Of a DNA stretch of 64,000 nt, positions 1-8,650 are shown one piece after another. Below the pieces are notes generated by a model. That model saw nothing but the letters and a program-made list of their open reading frames with translations, did no database searches and was not told the origin of the DNA. This DNA comes from a virus. Lineage: Duplodnaviria; Heunggongvirae; Uroviricota; Caudoviricetes. The stretch lies in the IMG/VR virus record IMGVR_UViG_3300013232_000486. One strand, written 5' to 3'. The position numbers and the translations under genes were made by a program. The number at the start of each line of letters is the position of its first letter. The first letter of the stretch is position 1.

Positions 1-778
1 CGCTTACTCCGCTATACCCAGAAATACCACTAAAGGCAGATAATCCTGAGCTGCCTGATTGACCACTAGCTCCAGAGAATCCGCTATTTCCACTCGCTCC
101 AGAATATGCAGACGTTCCGCTATGACCACTGAAACCAGATGCACCAGATACACCAGATACACCAGGTTCACCAGACACGCCAGACATACCAGACACGCCA
201 GACACACCAGAGTAACCGCTATTGCCAGATGCTGCGCTATAACCAGAGAAGCCTGACACCCCTCCAGAAAATCCGTCTTCAAGCATTATCCCACGGTAGT
301 TTACAACATTTCCCAGCGTATTAGATATTACCTCAAGAACGGGCTTGCTGACCATTCCTGGAGGCGGCTCGTCGAACTGCAAAGAGCCAGCCACGGTATC
401 GGACAAGAAATACGTGTTCCCCGCGCTGAAGCCCGTTATGTTAATGGGGCCATGGAACACGATAACGAACGTGTCGCCGTCAATAGACTCAACGACTCCA
501 TACACCTCGCCATTGTCCGCCGTGTTGGCTATTGCTGGGATCCAGATCGTGGCATCGTGTCGAACGACTGATCCAGCGCTGAAGCCATGCCCGGGCTGAG
601 TGAACGTGAGCTTGCTTGGGAAAAGCCCCGAGAAGCCAGATATCCAGCCACTACCAGTGATGTTGTATATGTTTCCGTTGGCGAGGTCGACACGGGTATC
701 GCCAAGGACTAGGTATCCGCTAAAGCCCGAGCTTTCATCTACGGGTAGCTTCTGTCGGATGTATTCGTTGCAACCCAC
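1..778 (-). CDS. collagen-like (Gly-X-Ser)n repeat protein, probable tail fibre; N-terminal part only, continues past the window start
   Basis: The minus-strand frame is open from the stop TAA at 779-781 down to position 2. GTG at 778 follows AAGGA; alternative starts are ATG at 355 or 286. Translation of 2-286 gives MLEDGFSGGVSGFSGYS...SGVSGVSGMSGVSGEPGVSGVSGASGFSGHSG..., a strict G-X-S triplet repeat with occasional Gly to Ala. The upstream part is protein-like. This frame is missing from the ORF track. Confidence 0.55.
   Translation of the reverse strand, partial: MGCNEYIRQKLPVDESSGFSGYLVLGDTRVDLANGNIYNITGSGWISGFSGLFPSKLTFTQPGHGFSAGSVVRHDATIWIPAIANTADNGEVYGVVESIDGDTFVIVFHGPINITGFSAGNTYFLSDTVAGSLQFDEPPPGMVSKPVLEVISNTLGNVVNYRGIMLEDGFSGGVSGFSGYSAASGNSGYSGVSGVSGMSGVSGEPGVSGVSGASGFSGHSGTSAYSGASGNSGFSGASGQSGSSGLSAFSGISGYSGVS
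2..283 (-). repeat. triplet-periodic coding repeat, ccagacacg-type 9-mers encoding (Gly-X-Ser)n
   Basis: Visible tandem ccagaca/ccagata units; the translated minus frame gives about 28 GXS triplets. Confidence 0.7.
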
Positions 779-895
779 TTATTTCTTGTCCTTACCCTTG
801 CCAGTCAAAGCCATGAGAAGCATCATTATCGACAGGAAAACTTCGACGATCCAATCCACAAGCTTTCCGAAGAATCCATCCTCGATGTCGCCCAT
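779..895 (-). CDS. small hydrophobic membrane protein (38 aa), unannotated
   Basis: An AGGAG (902-906) overlaps the TAG stop of the upstream gene and sits 6 nt before ATG 895. The product MGDIEDGFFGKLVDWIVEVFLSIMMLLMALTGKGKDKK has one transmembrane helix and a basic tail. Its stop TAA at 779-781 abuts the GTG of the next gene. Confidence 0.4.
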   Translation of the reverse strand: MGDIEDGFFGKLVDWIVEVFLSIMMLLMALTGKGKDKK

Positions 896-904
896 AAACA
901 TCTC

Positions 905-1651
905 CTAGCTGCTGAAAATCAAGCCCGTGTAGTTGACCTTTACCAGATGCACGTATATTGGAGCCACCAAGGTATCCGAGGCATCCTTCGCGTCTCTTCT
1001 CACGGCCACCATCAACAATTGCTCAGGCGTGATCCCCGCTGGAGGTATCACGAGGCTTGTCCCAGTTGTGTAGAGCATCCCCGGGGCGACCACTGGCTGC
1101 AAGAAGGACGAGCTACCAACTGGCCCTCCCATGGCCCCGCCAGTAGAAACGGCCTTGTACTCCATGATCCACTTCACGTTTGCTGGTCCACCAGCAGAGA
1201 ACCCGAAGTAGACCTCCACGTATATCGGCGTCCCAGCCTGATAGTCTTCTGGGACGGTGATGTTCCACTTGCTGCGATGGTTGCAACCTTCCTCGAAGAC
1301 GAGCGCTGGTACGTTGTTGACGTCCCTGATGATGGCGGTGTCTTCTCCGCCGTGGATGTCAACCACCAGGTATTTCGTACCAGGTATCCCACGACCACCA
1401 ACAGCCTCGGCATGGATGACGATCTGCTCTGGCCTCGAGTCGAACGCGACAATCTGCAAGAGTCCAGCCGAAACCGCGTTAGTTATGTTTGGAAAGCGGT
1501 AGAACTCGTCTGGTACCGAGATCACGTCACCCGACTTCATCGTGCGTCTGAATTGAGCAGCGGCCCCAAGCCATTCGAACTCGGTCGACCCCAGAACCTC
1601 TGGGGCAGAGATGTCCAAGAATCCTGGAAAATTCAAAGCTCTGAGGACCAT
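905..1651 (-). CDS. hypothetical protein (possibly virion or tail-associated)
   Basis: 248-aa ORF co-directional with its neighbours and tightly packed; no recognisable motif. Confidence 0.5.
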   Translation of the reverse strand: MVLRALNFPGFLDISAPEVLGSTEFEWLGAAAQFRRTMKSGDVISVPDEFYRFPNITNAVSAGLLQIVAFDSRPEQIVIHAEAVGGRGIPGTKYLVVDIHGGEDTAIIRDVNNVPALVFEEGCNHRSKWNITVPEDYQAGTPIYVEVYFGFSAGGPANVKWIMEYKAVSTGGAMGGPVGSSSFLQPVVAPGMLYTTGTSLVIPPAGITPEQLLMVAVRRDAKDASDTLVAPIYVHLVKVNYTGLIFSS

Positions 1652-1654
1652 GCC

Positions 1655-2383
1655 TTAGTCCCCCAGCAATAAGTCGTCTGTCACGCTTCGCTTGTTGGGG
1701 ATGTACGAAGCTGGACTTGTCTCCGGACCAATAGGCTCGACCTGATTGTCTGGGTCGAGATAGATCGCCATCTTGTTGATCCGAGGCTCCACTTCTCCTT
1801 CGATGGAGGACAAGCGCTTGCGCATGAGCCTTGGAACGGCATTCTGCAACAAGTTATCTTCGATAACATCCTGACGCATCTCTTGTATGGCCCGAGCCAC
1901 GCGCTCGTAGCATTTCTTTGCGTTTCTCGTGCTTTCCTTGCGGAAATAAAAGTTAGCCCTAAACGCGTAACGACCAAGGTACGTCTCCATCAAGTACGCC
2001 GAGATCGCCCAAACCTTGTCTTCTGGCTTTTGCAACACTATGGTAGCCAAGTAGTTAGGGTCTGAAGTCTTCTTCGACACGAACGATACCGTGGTCTCTT
2101 GAAAATCAGGCCCAGACGACTCCACGGTTGCCGTCTTGATGGATGGCTCCGAAGACACCTCGGCGTGGCGCTCCTTGTCGTTCTGTTCCATCAGATGCAA
2201 GTTGATCTTGTACTTGCCAGCCATGCGCGGGTCGACGTACAAGTGTATCTCGTCGCTTGAGTTGGCGGTCTTGATCGGACGAATAGACGAGAATGCTTCG
2301 ACGGCCTCGAGCGCGTCTTTCGCCGAAGCGTCCCTTGCCAGGGAAACGAGATGAGAAGAGCTAAGCCGTTGTAGCCAGAGCAT
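1655..2383 (-). CDS. hypothetical protein
   Basis: 242-aa ORF with a protein-like composition. Confidence 0.5.
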   Translation of the reverse strand: MLWLQRLSSSHLVSLARDASAKDALEAVEAFSSIRPIKTANSSDEIHLYVDPRMAGKYKINLHLMEQNDKERHAEVSSEPSIKTATVESSGPDFQETTVSFVSKKTSDPNYLATIVLQKPEDKVWAISAYLMETYLGRYAFRANFYFRKESTRNAKKCYERVARAIQEMRQDVIEDNLLQNAVPRLMRKRLSSIEGEVEPRINKMAIYLDPDNQVEPIGPETSPASYIPNKRSVTDDLLLGD

Positions 2384-2420
2384 GGTTTCTCCCTAGATTA
2401 CTCATTCTAGAGAGAAAACC

Positions 2421-3287
2421 TCAGTCCTTTGTCTCTGAATATTCCTTCTCCGCCAAGTCTGAAAGTGCGTCCACGAAAAGCTTGGCATCACATTCGTACA
2501 TGCCAGCGCAGTTCGCCGATCCGATCTCAAGAAGGCCATACTCGTCACCCGACTTGGCCACGTCCACCACGTAGGCTGGATCTGGTTGCCATGGGTCACA
2601 AGCCACCCGTTCCGCCACCTCCCATGCCTTCGGATCCACAATGGCAGACGTTTCCGACTTTCCATCGGCCTTGTACTGGCTTCCCGTCACGACCTTTCCA
2701 TCGCAGACCACGAACCGCCATTCATGGGACAGCTTATACGGCTTGGCAATGACGCAAAGCGTGTCTGGGGAAACGTCGTAACAGTCCGTCTCCATGCGGT
2801 GGAACTTCTCGAAGTCGTCGATCGGAACGACCTTGCCCGTGAAGAGCTTCAAGTTGGCATTTGGCTTCGCGAACAAGCAGTCATCGACGGACAAGCGCTC
2901 GTAGTAGAACTCCTTGTCGTCCGCCAACATTTTCCACGTGACAAACGCGTTCTGTCTGACCAGCATGTGCTTACGCCAGTGGGTATAGTAGGACACGCAT
3001 TCAAGGTTCTTGAGCGTCATCCACGCCGTTGGTTGCCACGCGTTCTTGGACCAAGGGTTACGTTCCAAGAGTCGCTTCACAAGGTTAATGGAACCATACG
3101 CGACAACGCAATCGTCTGGTTCTATGAACATGGCTGGGTTTGAGTAATGGCGGGGGCGAGACATGCTGGCCCCAAACGGGGCGTACTCCGCCCACCAGAA
3201 GTCACGGCGCTGGTCCTTCAGAACTCCGACCAGCTTGTCGATGAAAGACTCGAGGAAGACGTCCTTCTCAAGCAGCCATTTCGTCAT
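2421..3287 (-). CDS. ATP-grasp fold protein (putative ligase)
   Basis: Start chosen at the internal ATG 3287, which overlaps the upstream stop as ATGA. The C-terminal block WRFVVCDGKVVTG...YVVDVAKSGDEYGLLEIGSANCAGMY parallels the ATP-grasp stretch E-R-v-vv-g-vv ... iDv-dG-yllEvNtsPG. Confidence 0.5.
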   Translation of the reverse strand: MTKWLLEKDVFLESFIDKLVGVLKDQRRDFWWAEYAPFGASMSRPRHYSNPAMFIEPDDCVVAYGSINLVKRLLERNPWSKNAWQPTAWMTLKNLECVSYYTHWRKHMLVRQNAFVTWKMLADDKEFYYERLSVDDCLFAKPNANLKLFTGKVVPIDDFEKFHRMETDCYDVSPDTLCVIAKPYKLSHEWRFVVCDGKVVTGSQYKADGKSETSAIVDPKAWEVAERVACDPWQPDPAYVVDVAKSGDEYGLLEIGSANCAGMYECDAKLFVDALSDLAEKEYSETKD

Positions 3288-3529
3288 TTCGTCACCCGTT
3301 GCTTTTCTTTGAAAAGGACAGCGGTTTCTGGAAATGCCTTTTCGATCAAGTCTTGAAACGGGCATTCGGCGCAACACTTGACGCGCTTATCACGAAGGTT
3401 CTTGATGCAGAGCCTTTTTACATGCCGTTCAAGTCTTGACTTCATCAAGTTACCAATCGGACGTTGAGCTGGAGGTTTAATCTCAAGCTTGGGTGTTGAT
3501 GGACTGGGGCGAATTTCGGGTATGCTCAT
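3284..3529 (-). CDS. small Cys-rich protein (putative zinc-binding)
   Basis: 81 aa containing CIKNLRDKRVKCCAECPF; overlaps the downstream start in an ATGA arrangement. Confidence 0.35.
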   Translation of the reverse strand: MSIPEIRPSPSTPKLEIKPPAQRPIGNLMKSRLERHVKRLCIKNLRDKRVKCCAECPFQDLIEKAFPETAVLFKEKQRVTK

Positions 3530-3546
3530 TATCTTCAGCCTTAATC

Positions 3547-3588
3547 TAAAAAAACGGCGCGGCTGGAGGAGGGGTTTCCTAGCCGCGC
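3547..3588 (-). terminator. rho-independent terminator after the 3633-4589 gene
   Basis: On the minus strand, a stem GGCGCGGCT / AGCCGCGCC (9 bp, loop about 16 nt) is followed by TTTTTTT. The plus strand shows aaaaaaa at 3547-3553 followed by the hairpin. Confidence 0.7.
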
Positions 3589-3632
3589 CTGGTGATGGGG
3601 ATCAAGGGCAATAGAACCCGACCGCCCACCGC

Positions 3633-4589
3633 TTACCCGAAGACTTGCTTGAGCTTCGTTTCCAAGTAGTCCGCGAAGCCCGTCCGCTTCTCGTCTCCGA
3701 AGACGACCTTGAGCGCCTTGTTCACCTTGGGCGCGTACTTCGAGGGGAACATGCTCAAGTACACCTTGCCGCAGCCCTTGCTGATGCGCGGGAACTGACG
3801 GAAGGCGATCTTGGCGTTGGCGTACTTCTTCATGTTGCGGTTGTCAGCCTCGGGCGACGTCGACCCGCAACAAACGGACAGCATCTCGCGGATGTTGCCA
3901 CACCAGACGCCGTTCTTGAAGCGCTTCTCGTTCTTGAGCAACGCCTTGGCCTCGGCAATGCCACGAGAAGCCTGTTCCTTGATGCGATCCGTCTTGGCCT
4001 TGCAGTACTGGATGAACCCCTCGTCAGCGCGAAGCTTCTTCTCGAACGTGTCACGGTCAATGAAGATGCCGCGAAGGAGGGCGATGCAAGGCTTCTCGTC
4101 GCCAGAATCAAAAGCTTCGAGAAGCTGGCATGCGGATTCAAACTTGACTTCCTGCCCAAGGATGCGGTAGACGTGAGCGTAAGCCGATTCCTTGCGGACA
4201 TGAATGGAGTACTCGCCGAAATGCAAGTACGATCCCTCGCTCTTGTCGGCTTTCGGAGCCTTCGGAGTCGGGTCCTTCTGGGCGCGAACCTTTCGTCCAG
4301 CCTTCTGGGCCTTCACGACTTTGCTCGGTTTGGCCTTGGCCTTGGTCTTTGGCTTGGACTTGATGACGGCCTTTTTTTTCTTCGTGACCACGACCTTGGC
4401 GGGTATTTCCGCCACTGGAGCAGTCACGGCTGGCTGAGCAACTGGCTGAACGGGCTGGGCAGCAACTGGATCAGACGCCTTTTCTTCGGTGGGAGGCTGA
4501 ACCTTCGCCGTGATTGACTTGGACGCTGCATCCTTGACGGCGGCGTTGACGTCAAGGGTAATGACTGGGGTAAGCTTTGATTCTGGCAT
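3633..4589 (-). CDS. histone H1-like Lys/Ala/Pro-rich DNA-binding protein (putative)
   Basis: The N-terminal 130 aa are rich in A, P, K and V, with a run KKKKAVIKSKPKTKAKAKPSKVVKAQKAGRKVRAQK. A strong SD AAGGAGGG precedes ATG 4589. Confidence 0.55.
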   Translation of the reverse strand: MPESKLTPVITLDVNAAVKDAASKSITAKVQPPTEEKASDPVAAQPVQPVAQPAVTAPVAEIPAKVVVTKKKKAVIKSKPKTKAKAKPSKVVKAQKAGRKVRAQKDPTPKAPKADKSEGSYLHFGEYSIHVRKESAYAHVYRILGQEVKFESACQLLEAFDSGDEKPCIALLRGIFIDRDTFEKKLRADEGFIQYCKAKTDRIKEQASRGIAEAKALLKNEKRFKNGVWCGNIREMLSVCCGSTSPEADNRNMKKYANAKIAFRQFPRISKGCGKVYLSMFPSKYAPKVNKALKVVFGDEKRTGFADYLETKLKQVFG

Positions 4590-4661
4590 TTAGAATGCCC
4601 TCCTTTTGCGCATACCTTATCATGGGCTTGTAGATAGTCAAGGACAAAAGTGCTCAGTTCG

Positions 4662-5891
4662 CTAATATCCGATTGGATTCCCTGCTGGCTGTCCGAATGC
4701 TGATATGACTTCGTCTGCCGCCATGGAGACTTCGTTCTTTGTCGGCTCGCCATTGCTAGACAAGATGGCCCGCGACACGACCTCTTGGATCACCGCCCCA
4801 GAACAACCATCGAGTCGTGCCACCAAGGCCTCCTTGGTCTTGTTATCCATGGATTTCCAACACTTTCCTAACATGCGTTCCAGCATGCGTTTACGCTCGC
4901 TCTCCGCTGGGTTAGGGAAGAAGTACGTGGCATCGAACATGCCTGGCCTAAAGAAACCTGGCTCGATTCGCTCGGCATTAATCGTGCCTATCATCAACAC
5001 GCCTTCCATGAGAGCGACCTTATCAAGCATGGAAAGCAAGGCGACCATGGTCTCTGCCTCTTCCGACGGAGAGAAGATCAAGTCAAGGTCCTCGACGATC
5101 ACGATGCATGGGCTGTTGTATCCGATGGCTCTTGGAAGAAGCGACCCAAGGTCCTCGGCAGTCATCTGGAAGGCGTTCCCGAACAAGACTGGAACACCAG
5201 TGTTCGCCGCGACGGCTTGACACGCCAGCGTCTTTCCATTTCCACGAGGGCCTACGAACAACAAGCCGCGCCTGTAGTTGATGCCGTGCGTCTTGTAGTG
5301 ATCCTCGGCCTTGAAGAAGTCCTTGACCTCCATCTCCAAGTCCTTGGCCGTCGACTTGGGCAAGGCCAGATCAGACCATTTCGTCTCTGGGAAGTCATCA
5401 AACGCGTCACCCGACAAGTAGTTGACCTGACATCGCTGTCGACACAAGGCCCTTCTGTTCTGGTAGTAATTGGTGACGGCCAGCATGGCCTCTTCCTCGT
5501 CGTCAGCGAGTATGAAGGAAATGGCGCTCTGCGAGATTCCCGTCTGCGGGCTGCTGTTTATCATGGTAAGAGTCCCGAGATACACGGGACTGTTGGATAG
5601 CGTGTCGAACTTGTACAGGACGTCGTTGCAGCCCATCCTGGCTGGCCCATCGTTGTGCGTGAACGTGATCCCAGACAACGGGACGATGTTCTTGAAGACG
5701 TCGATGCGCTTGGCCTTCGAGGCTGGGGCGATGACGTCGAGGTCTTCCAGCCTGCTCGTCAGGAAAGAGCAGTAGCCGAACTTGACCTTCCTCTTCTTCA
5801 TCTCCTCGGAAACCTTCTCGAGAAGCCACAGGAAGAAGACGTGGACGCTCTGCTCTGCTGCCTGGTAGTACTCAGATGACTTGTCGTTCAT
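4662..5891 (-). CDS. AAA+ ATPase family protein
   Basis: Walker A LLFVGPRGNGKT, Walker B CIVIVEDLD, followed by sensor regions. Confidence 0.75.
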   Translation of the reverse strand: MNDKSSEYYQAAEQSVHVFFLWLLEKVSEEMKKRKVKFGYCSFLTSRLEDLDVIAPASKAKRIDVFKNIVPLSGITFTHNDGPARMGCNDVLYKFDTLSNSPVYLGTLTMINSSPQTGISQSAISFILADDEEEAMLAVTNYYQNRRALCRQRCQVNYLSGDAFDDFPETKWSDLALPKSTAKDLEMEVKDFFKAEDHYKTHGINYRRGLLFVGPRGNGKTLACQAVAANTGVPVLFGNAFQMTAEDLGSLLPRAIGYNSPCIVIVEDLDLIFSPSEEAETMVALLSMLDKVALMEGVLMIGTINAERIEPGFFRPGMFDATYFFPNPAESERKRMLERMLGKCWKSMDNKTKEALVARLDGCSGAVIQEVVSRAILSSNGEPTKNEVSMAADEVISAFGQPAGNPIGY

Positions 5892-6439
5892 TTTTCATCC
5901 CTTGGCTCGAAGATCAAGTACCTGTCAGCGCACAAGTCCACAACTTGCTCGTCAGTGGCTGTCTCAGACAAAAGCATCCGACACTTCTCCATCAGCATGA
6001 CGCCGAGGCCGCCGAACGATACGAACAACGGAACCTCGTCCTCGTCTATTTCATCGTCAGCAATCAAAACGTATATCCCGATGTTGTCTCCCTTGAACGC
6101 ATCCGTCTTTACGTCCCTTGGATAGCTGGCCAACAGAAGGGAACGTAGGTTGAACGTCGCCTTTGGGTATTCATCGAGGTCGAAGTCCTTTATCATTGGA
6201 GGATTCATGAGCGAAGACTGCGAGAACTTGGCCATGGCCATGCATGCGCTCGCGGACTTCTCGGGGAGCATCATCTTCCCCTCGTAGACGTAGTCATGCG
6301 GCATGCCCGTGACTGGATCAACGATTTGCTTGTCGCAGCAATTGATCACATGAGCCACGGACATGTCGGCCCCAAGGAAAAAGCGGGCATAGCTCTTGTA
6401 TCGCTCCATCCAGTCTGCATGGAGCTTGTCTATGTTCAT
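5888..6439 (-). CDS. hypothetical protein
   Basis: 183-aa ORF lying between the AAA+ ATPase and ClpP genes, overlapping each by 4 nt. Confidence 0.45.
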   Translation of the reverse strand: MNIDKLHADWMERYKSYARFFLGADMSVAHVINCCDKQIVDPVTGMPHDYVYEGKMMLPEKSASACMAMAKFSQSSLMNPPMIKDFDLDEYPKATFNLRSLLLASYPRDVKTDAFKGDNIGIYVLIADDEIDEDEVPLFVSFGGLGVMLMEKCRMLLSETATDEQVVDLCADRYLIFEPRDEK

Positions 6440-7041
6440 TTTTTTACTCTCTTGTTCTTTGGCTTGATGATCTCGTCGATCAGCCCGTATTCCTTCGCCT
6501 CCTCTGGACTCATAAAGTAATCCCTGTCACAGTCGCTCTCGATCTGCTTGATCGTCCTTCCAGTATGGAGGGCCAAGCGTTCATAGAGCATCTGCTTGAC
6601 GCGCTCCATCTCCTTGGCTTGGATCTGAACACTCGTGTTATCGCCAACTGCCCCACCCCAAGGCTGGTGGATCATGATCCTTGAGCTGGGCAACGAAAAC
6701 CGCCTGCCTGGAGAACCAGAAGCCAGCAACACCGCCGCAGCGGAGCAAGCCTCGCCAAGGCAATAGGTGGCTATCTTGCAGTCAAGCGCTTGCATGGTGT
6801 CGTATATGGCCAAAGCGGACGATACCTCGCCGCCCTCGGACATGATGTACATCTTTATCTCGTGCTTATTCAAGCAGTTCAAGTATAGCAACTGGGAGAT
6901 AACGATGACGGACATTCCCCCGTCTATCTCTCCGTGCAAGAAGATTATCCTGTCGCGCAACAGACGTGTTATCACGTCGTACATTCTGTCGCCGCGAGGA
7001 GTCGACTCAATAACCAGTGGCATGGATTCGTCGAAGCCCAT
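6436..7041 (-). CDS. clpP: ATP-dependent Clp protease proteolytic subunit ClpP
   Basis: Collinear with E. coli ClpP: RIIFLHGEIDG, MYIMSEGG, YDTMQ, TYCLGEACSAAAVL (Ser), RIMIHQPWGG (His), DRDYFMSPEEAKEYGLIDEI (Asp). Confidence 0.85.
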   Translation of the reverse strand: MGFDESMPLVIESTPRGDRMYDVITRLLRDRIIFLHGEIDGGMSVIVISQLLYLNCLNKHEIKMYIMSEGGEVSSALAIYDTMQALDCKIATYCLGEACSAAAVLLASGSPGRRFSLPSSRIMIHQPWGGAVGDNTSVQIQAKEMERVKQMLYERLALHTGRTIKQIESDCDRDYFMSPEEAKEYGLIDEIIKPKNKRVKK

Positions 7042-7050
7042 TCAAGCTCC

Positions 7051-7491
7051 TTAGTCTACCTTGGTGGCGTCCCACAAGGATTCTATGAGGTTGCAGCGCA
7101 GCGCGGACTTCTTGATTCTGGATTGCCAATTGGCGAAATCTGGGTGATCTGACGCGTATGACAAGGCTATGTCTGCGGCCTCAGATACCGAACACTTGAC
7201 AACGCTCGTACCACCATTCCGCTTCTTGAGCATGAATGATAGCCAATTCAAGACGCCCTCGAAATGTCTTGGCAGCATATAGGCGTCGTTTTCCCAATTG
7301 TCAGCCGCCATGACCGCCGTACTGAAAGAGGATACGATAACCGATACGTGGATCGGAACCTCCTCCTTCCATCTGGGATCTTTTTTGAGGTCCTCTATAA
7401 GCGCTTGATTGGGTTCTTCCTTAGATACTTTGTGTGAAAAGGCGACATATTCAGCCATTGTGTTTTGCGGTGTCTTATCCATGGTGAGCAT
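7051..7491 (-). CDS. hypothetical protein
   Basis: 146-aa ORF. Confidence 0.4.
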   Translation of the reverse strand: MLTMDKTPQNTMAEYVAFSHKVSKEEPNQALIEDLKKDPRWKEEVPIHVSVIVSSFSTAVMAADNWENDAYMLPRHFEGVLNWLSFMLKKRNGGTSVVKCSVSEAADIALSYASDHPDFANWQSRIKKSALRCNLIESLWDATKVD

Positions 7492-8627
7492 TACATTCCT
7501 TCAATGGTTGGAACCTCGTCTTTCTTCCCGTTAACATTATACTCGTATTCCAGACCGTCGAGCATGGGAACCTCGTCTGCCTCTTTCCCGTAGCTTCTGA
7601 CGTATTCGGCGATCCTAGAAGACGACAAGGTCTTCTTGGATTTGGGCCGTCCTCCATTGGATAACTCAATTAGGTGACGTCCAATAGCCTGGGCAACCGT
7701 CGATGTCACGGCGTTTCCTATAAGCGTCCAAGCATCACTCTCATTCTCTGGCCATACCCACCTGTCAGGGAATCCTTGGCATCTGGCCCCTTCCAAGACC
7801 GTCGGATGCCTTACGAAAGCCACTCCATCCTTGGTGTGATCACAGATCCCGACCTTCTTTCGAGTTGCTCCTCCTCCGAATCCACAAGTGATGGTCGGGA
7901 TCTGCTCGTCTGGCATGAGAACCGTGATGAACCTACCCGTCCTCTGGAATGCCTTAAGAGCCGTCTTGTAGGTCTTCCCGTTCCAGGCCTTGCTGGTGAC
8001 GTTGTATTCCATGACCTTGGCGTAGGTCGGCCTGTCAATGAGCGAGCGCCCTCTAGCATCCGTGTTGTCATCTGGGAGCAAGCCACTAAGCCCTAGTTCT
8101 TTCTTGGCTCCAACGATGAAGACTCGATCCCTTAACTGAGGGACGTCGAAATCTGCCGAGCATAGAACATTCCACTCGACGGTGTATCCCTCGTTCGCGA
8201 AGGAACGGATGACGTTCTCCCTTGTCCCGTTTCCTACTCCGTCAGCCCCATGAGACAAAAGTCCGACCACGTTTTCTAGGACGAAGAACTTCGGCTTGAA
8301 CTGCCTGACGTATTCCAGAGAGCAAAGGAACAAGTGGTCGCGCTTATCCCCTACGCCAAGCTTCTTCTTGGCGAGCGTCTGCTCGTACGCGGAGGCAGAG
8401 AACGTCTGGCATGGAGGAGAGGTCCACAGCAAGTCTGCCGCGTCGGAAGGTTGATGCTCGTAAGATGTGATGTCCCCTAGGACGGCCTTATGGCCGATAT
8501 TCTTCTCTCTAAACTCTACGGCCAGCGGCTTGTTATCTATGGCAAAAACGCACTCTAAACCAGCTCGTTCAAGCCCCAAACAAGCCCCGCCCACGCCGCA
8601 AAAATGCGTAGCGTAAGTCTTGATCAT
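7491..8627 (-). CDS. DNA (cytosine-5)-methyltransferase (orphan)
   Basis: Motif I FCGVGG, motif IV PPCQTFS, ENV, QLRDRVFIVG, GNAV. Confidence 0.9.
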   Translation of the reverse strand: MIKTYATHFCGVGGACLGLERAGLECVFAIDNKPLAVEFREKNIGHKAVLGDITSYEHQPSDAADLLWTSPPCQTFSASAYEQTLAKKKLGVGDKRDHLFLCSLEYVRQFKPKFFVLENVVGLLSHGADGVGNGTRENVIRSFANEGYTVEWNVLCSADFDVPQLRDRVFIVGAKKELGLSGLLPDDNTDARGRSLIDRPTYAKVMEYNVTSKAWNGKTYKTALKAFQRTGRFITVLMPDEQIPTITCGFGGGATRKKVGICDHTKDGVAFVRHPTVLEGARCQGFPDRWVWPENESDAWTLIGNAVTSTVAQAIGRHLIELSNGGRPKSKKTLSSSRIAEYVRSYGKEADEVPMLDGLEYEYNVNGKKDEVPTIEGM

Positions 8628-8650
8628 TTTCAGTCCTCAAGTACGTCACT

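Noticed and set aside
1-300. Possible CRISPR array or noncoding tandem repeat at the window start
   Set aside because: The repeats are 9-nt units with triplet periodicity and no spacers. They translate cleanly into a Gly-X-Ser collagen-like coding repeat.
947-1672. 241-aa plus-strand ORF and many other long plus-strand ORFs (3645-4517, 20317-20964, 26502-27188, 32434-33279, 33337-34137, 40680-41549, 41483-42181, 43464-43994, 45075-45629)
   Set aside because: Each lies antisense to a minus-strand gene with clear homology or better coding features. Their compositions are Arg/Leu/Ser-rich shadow frames, and none has a convincing SD.
2421-3377. Full 318-aa version of the ATP-grasp ORF
   Set aside because: The first 30 codons overlap the upstream small gene. 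The internal ATG at 3287 forms a classic ATGA stop/start overlap.
3530-3632. Possible tRNA or small RNA in one of the few intergenic gaps (also 10907-10977, 41484-41578, 30078-30140)
   Set aside because: No cloverleaf-compatible arrangement (acceptor stem or T-loop GTTC-like box) was seen. The gaps contain a terminator hairpin and SD or promoter-like sequence instead.
4662-5891. Calling the AAA+ ATPase ClpX
   Set aside because: The Walker A region and overall layout look like the classical AAA clade (GPxGxGKT...IVxxDExD), not ClpX (GPTGSGKT with a zinc-binding domain and an IGF loop). Only proximity to ClpP is noted.
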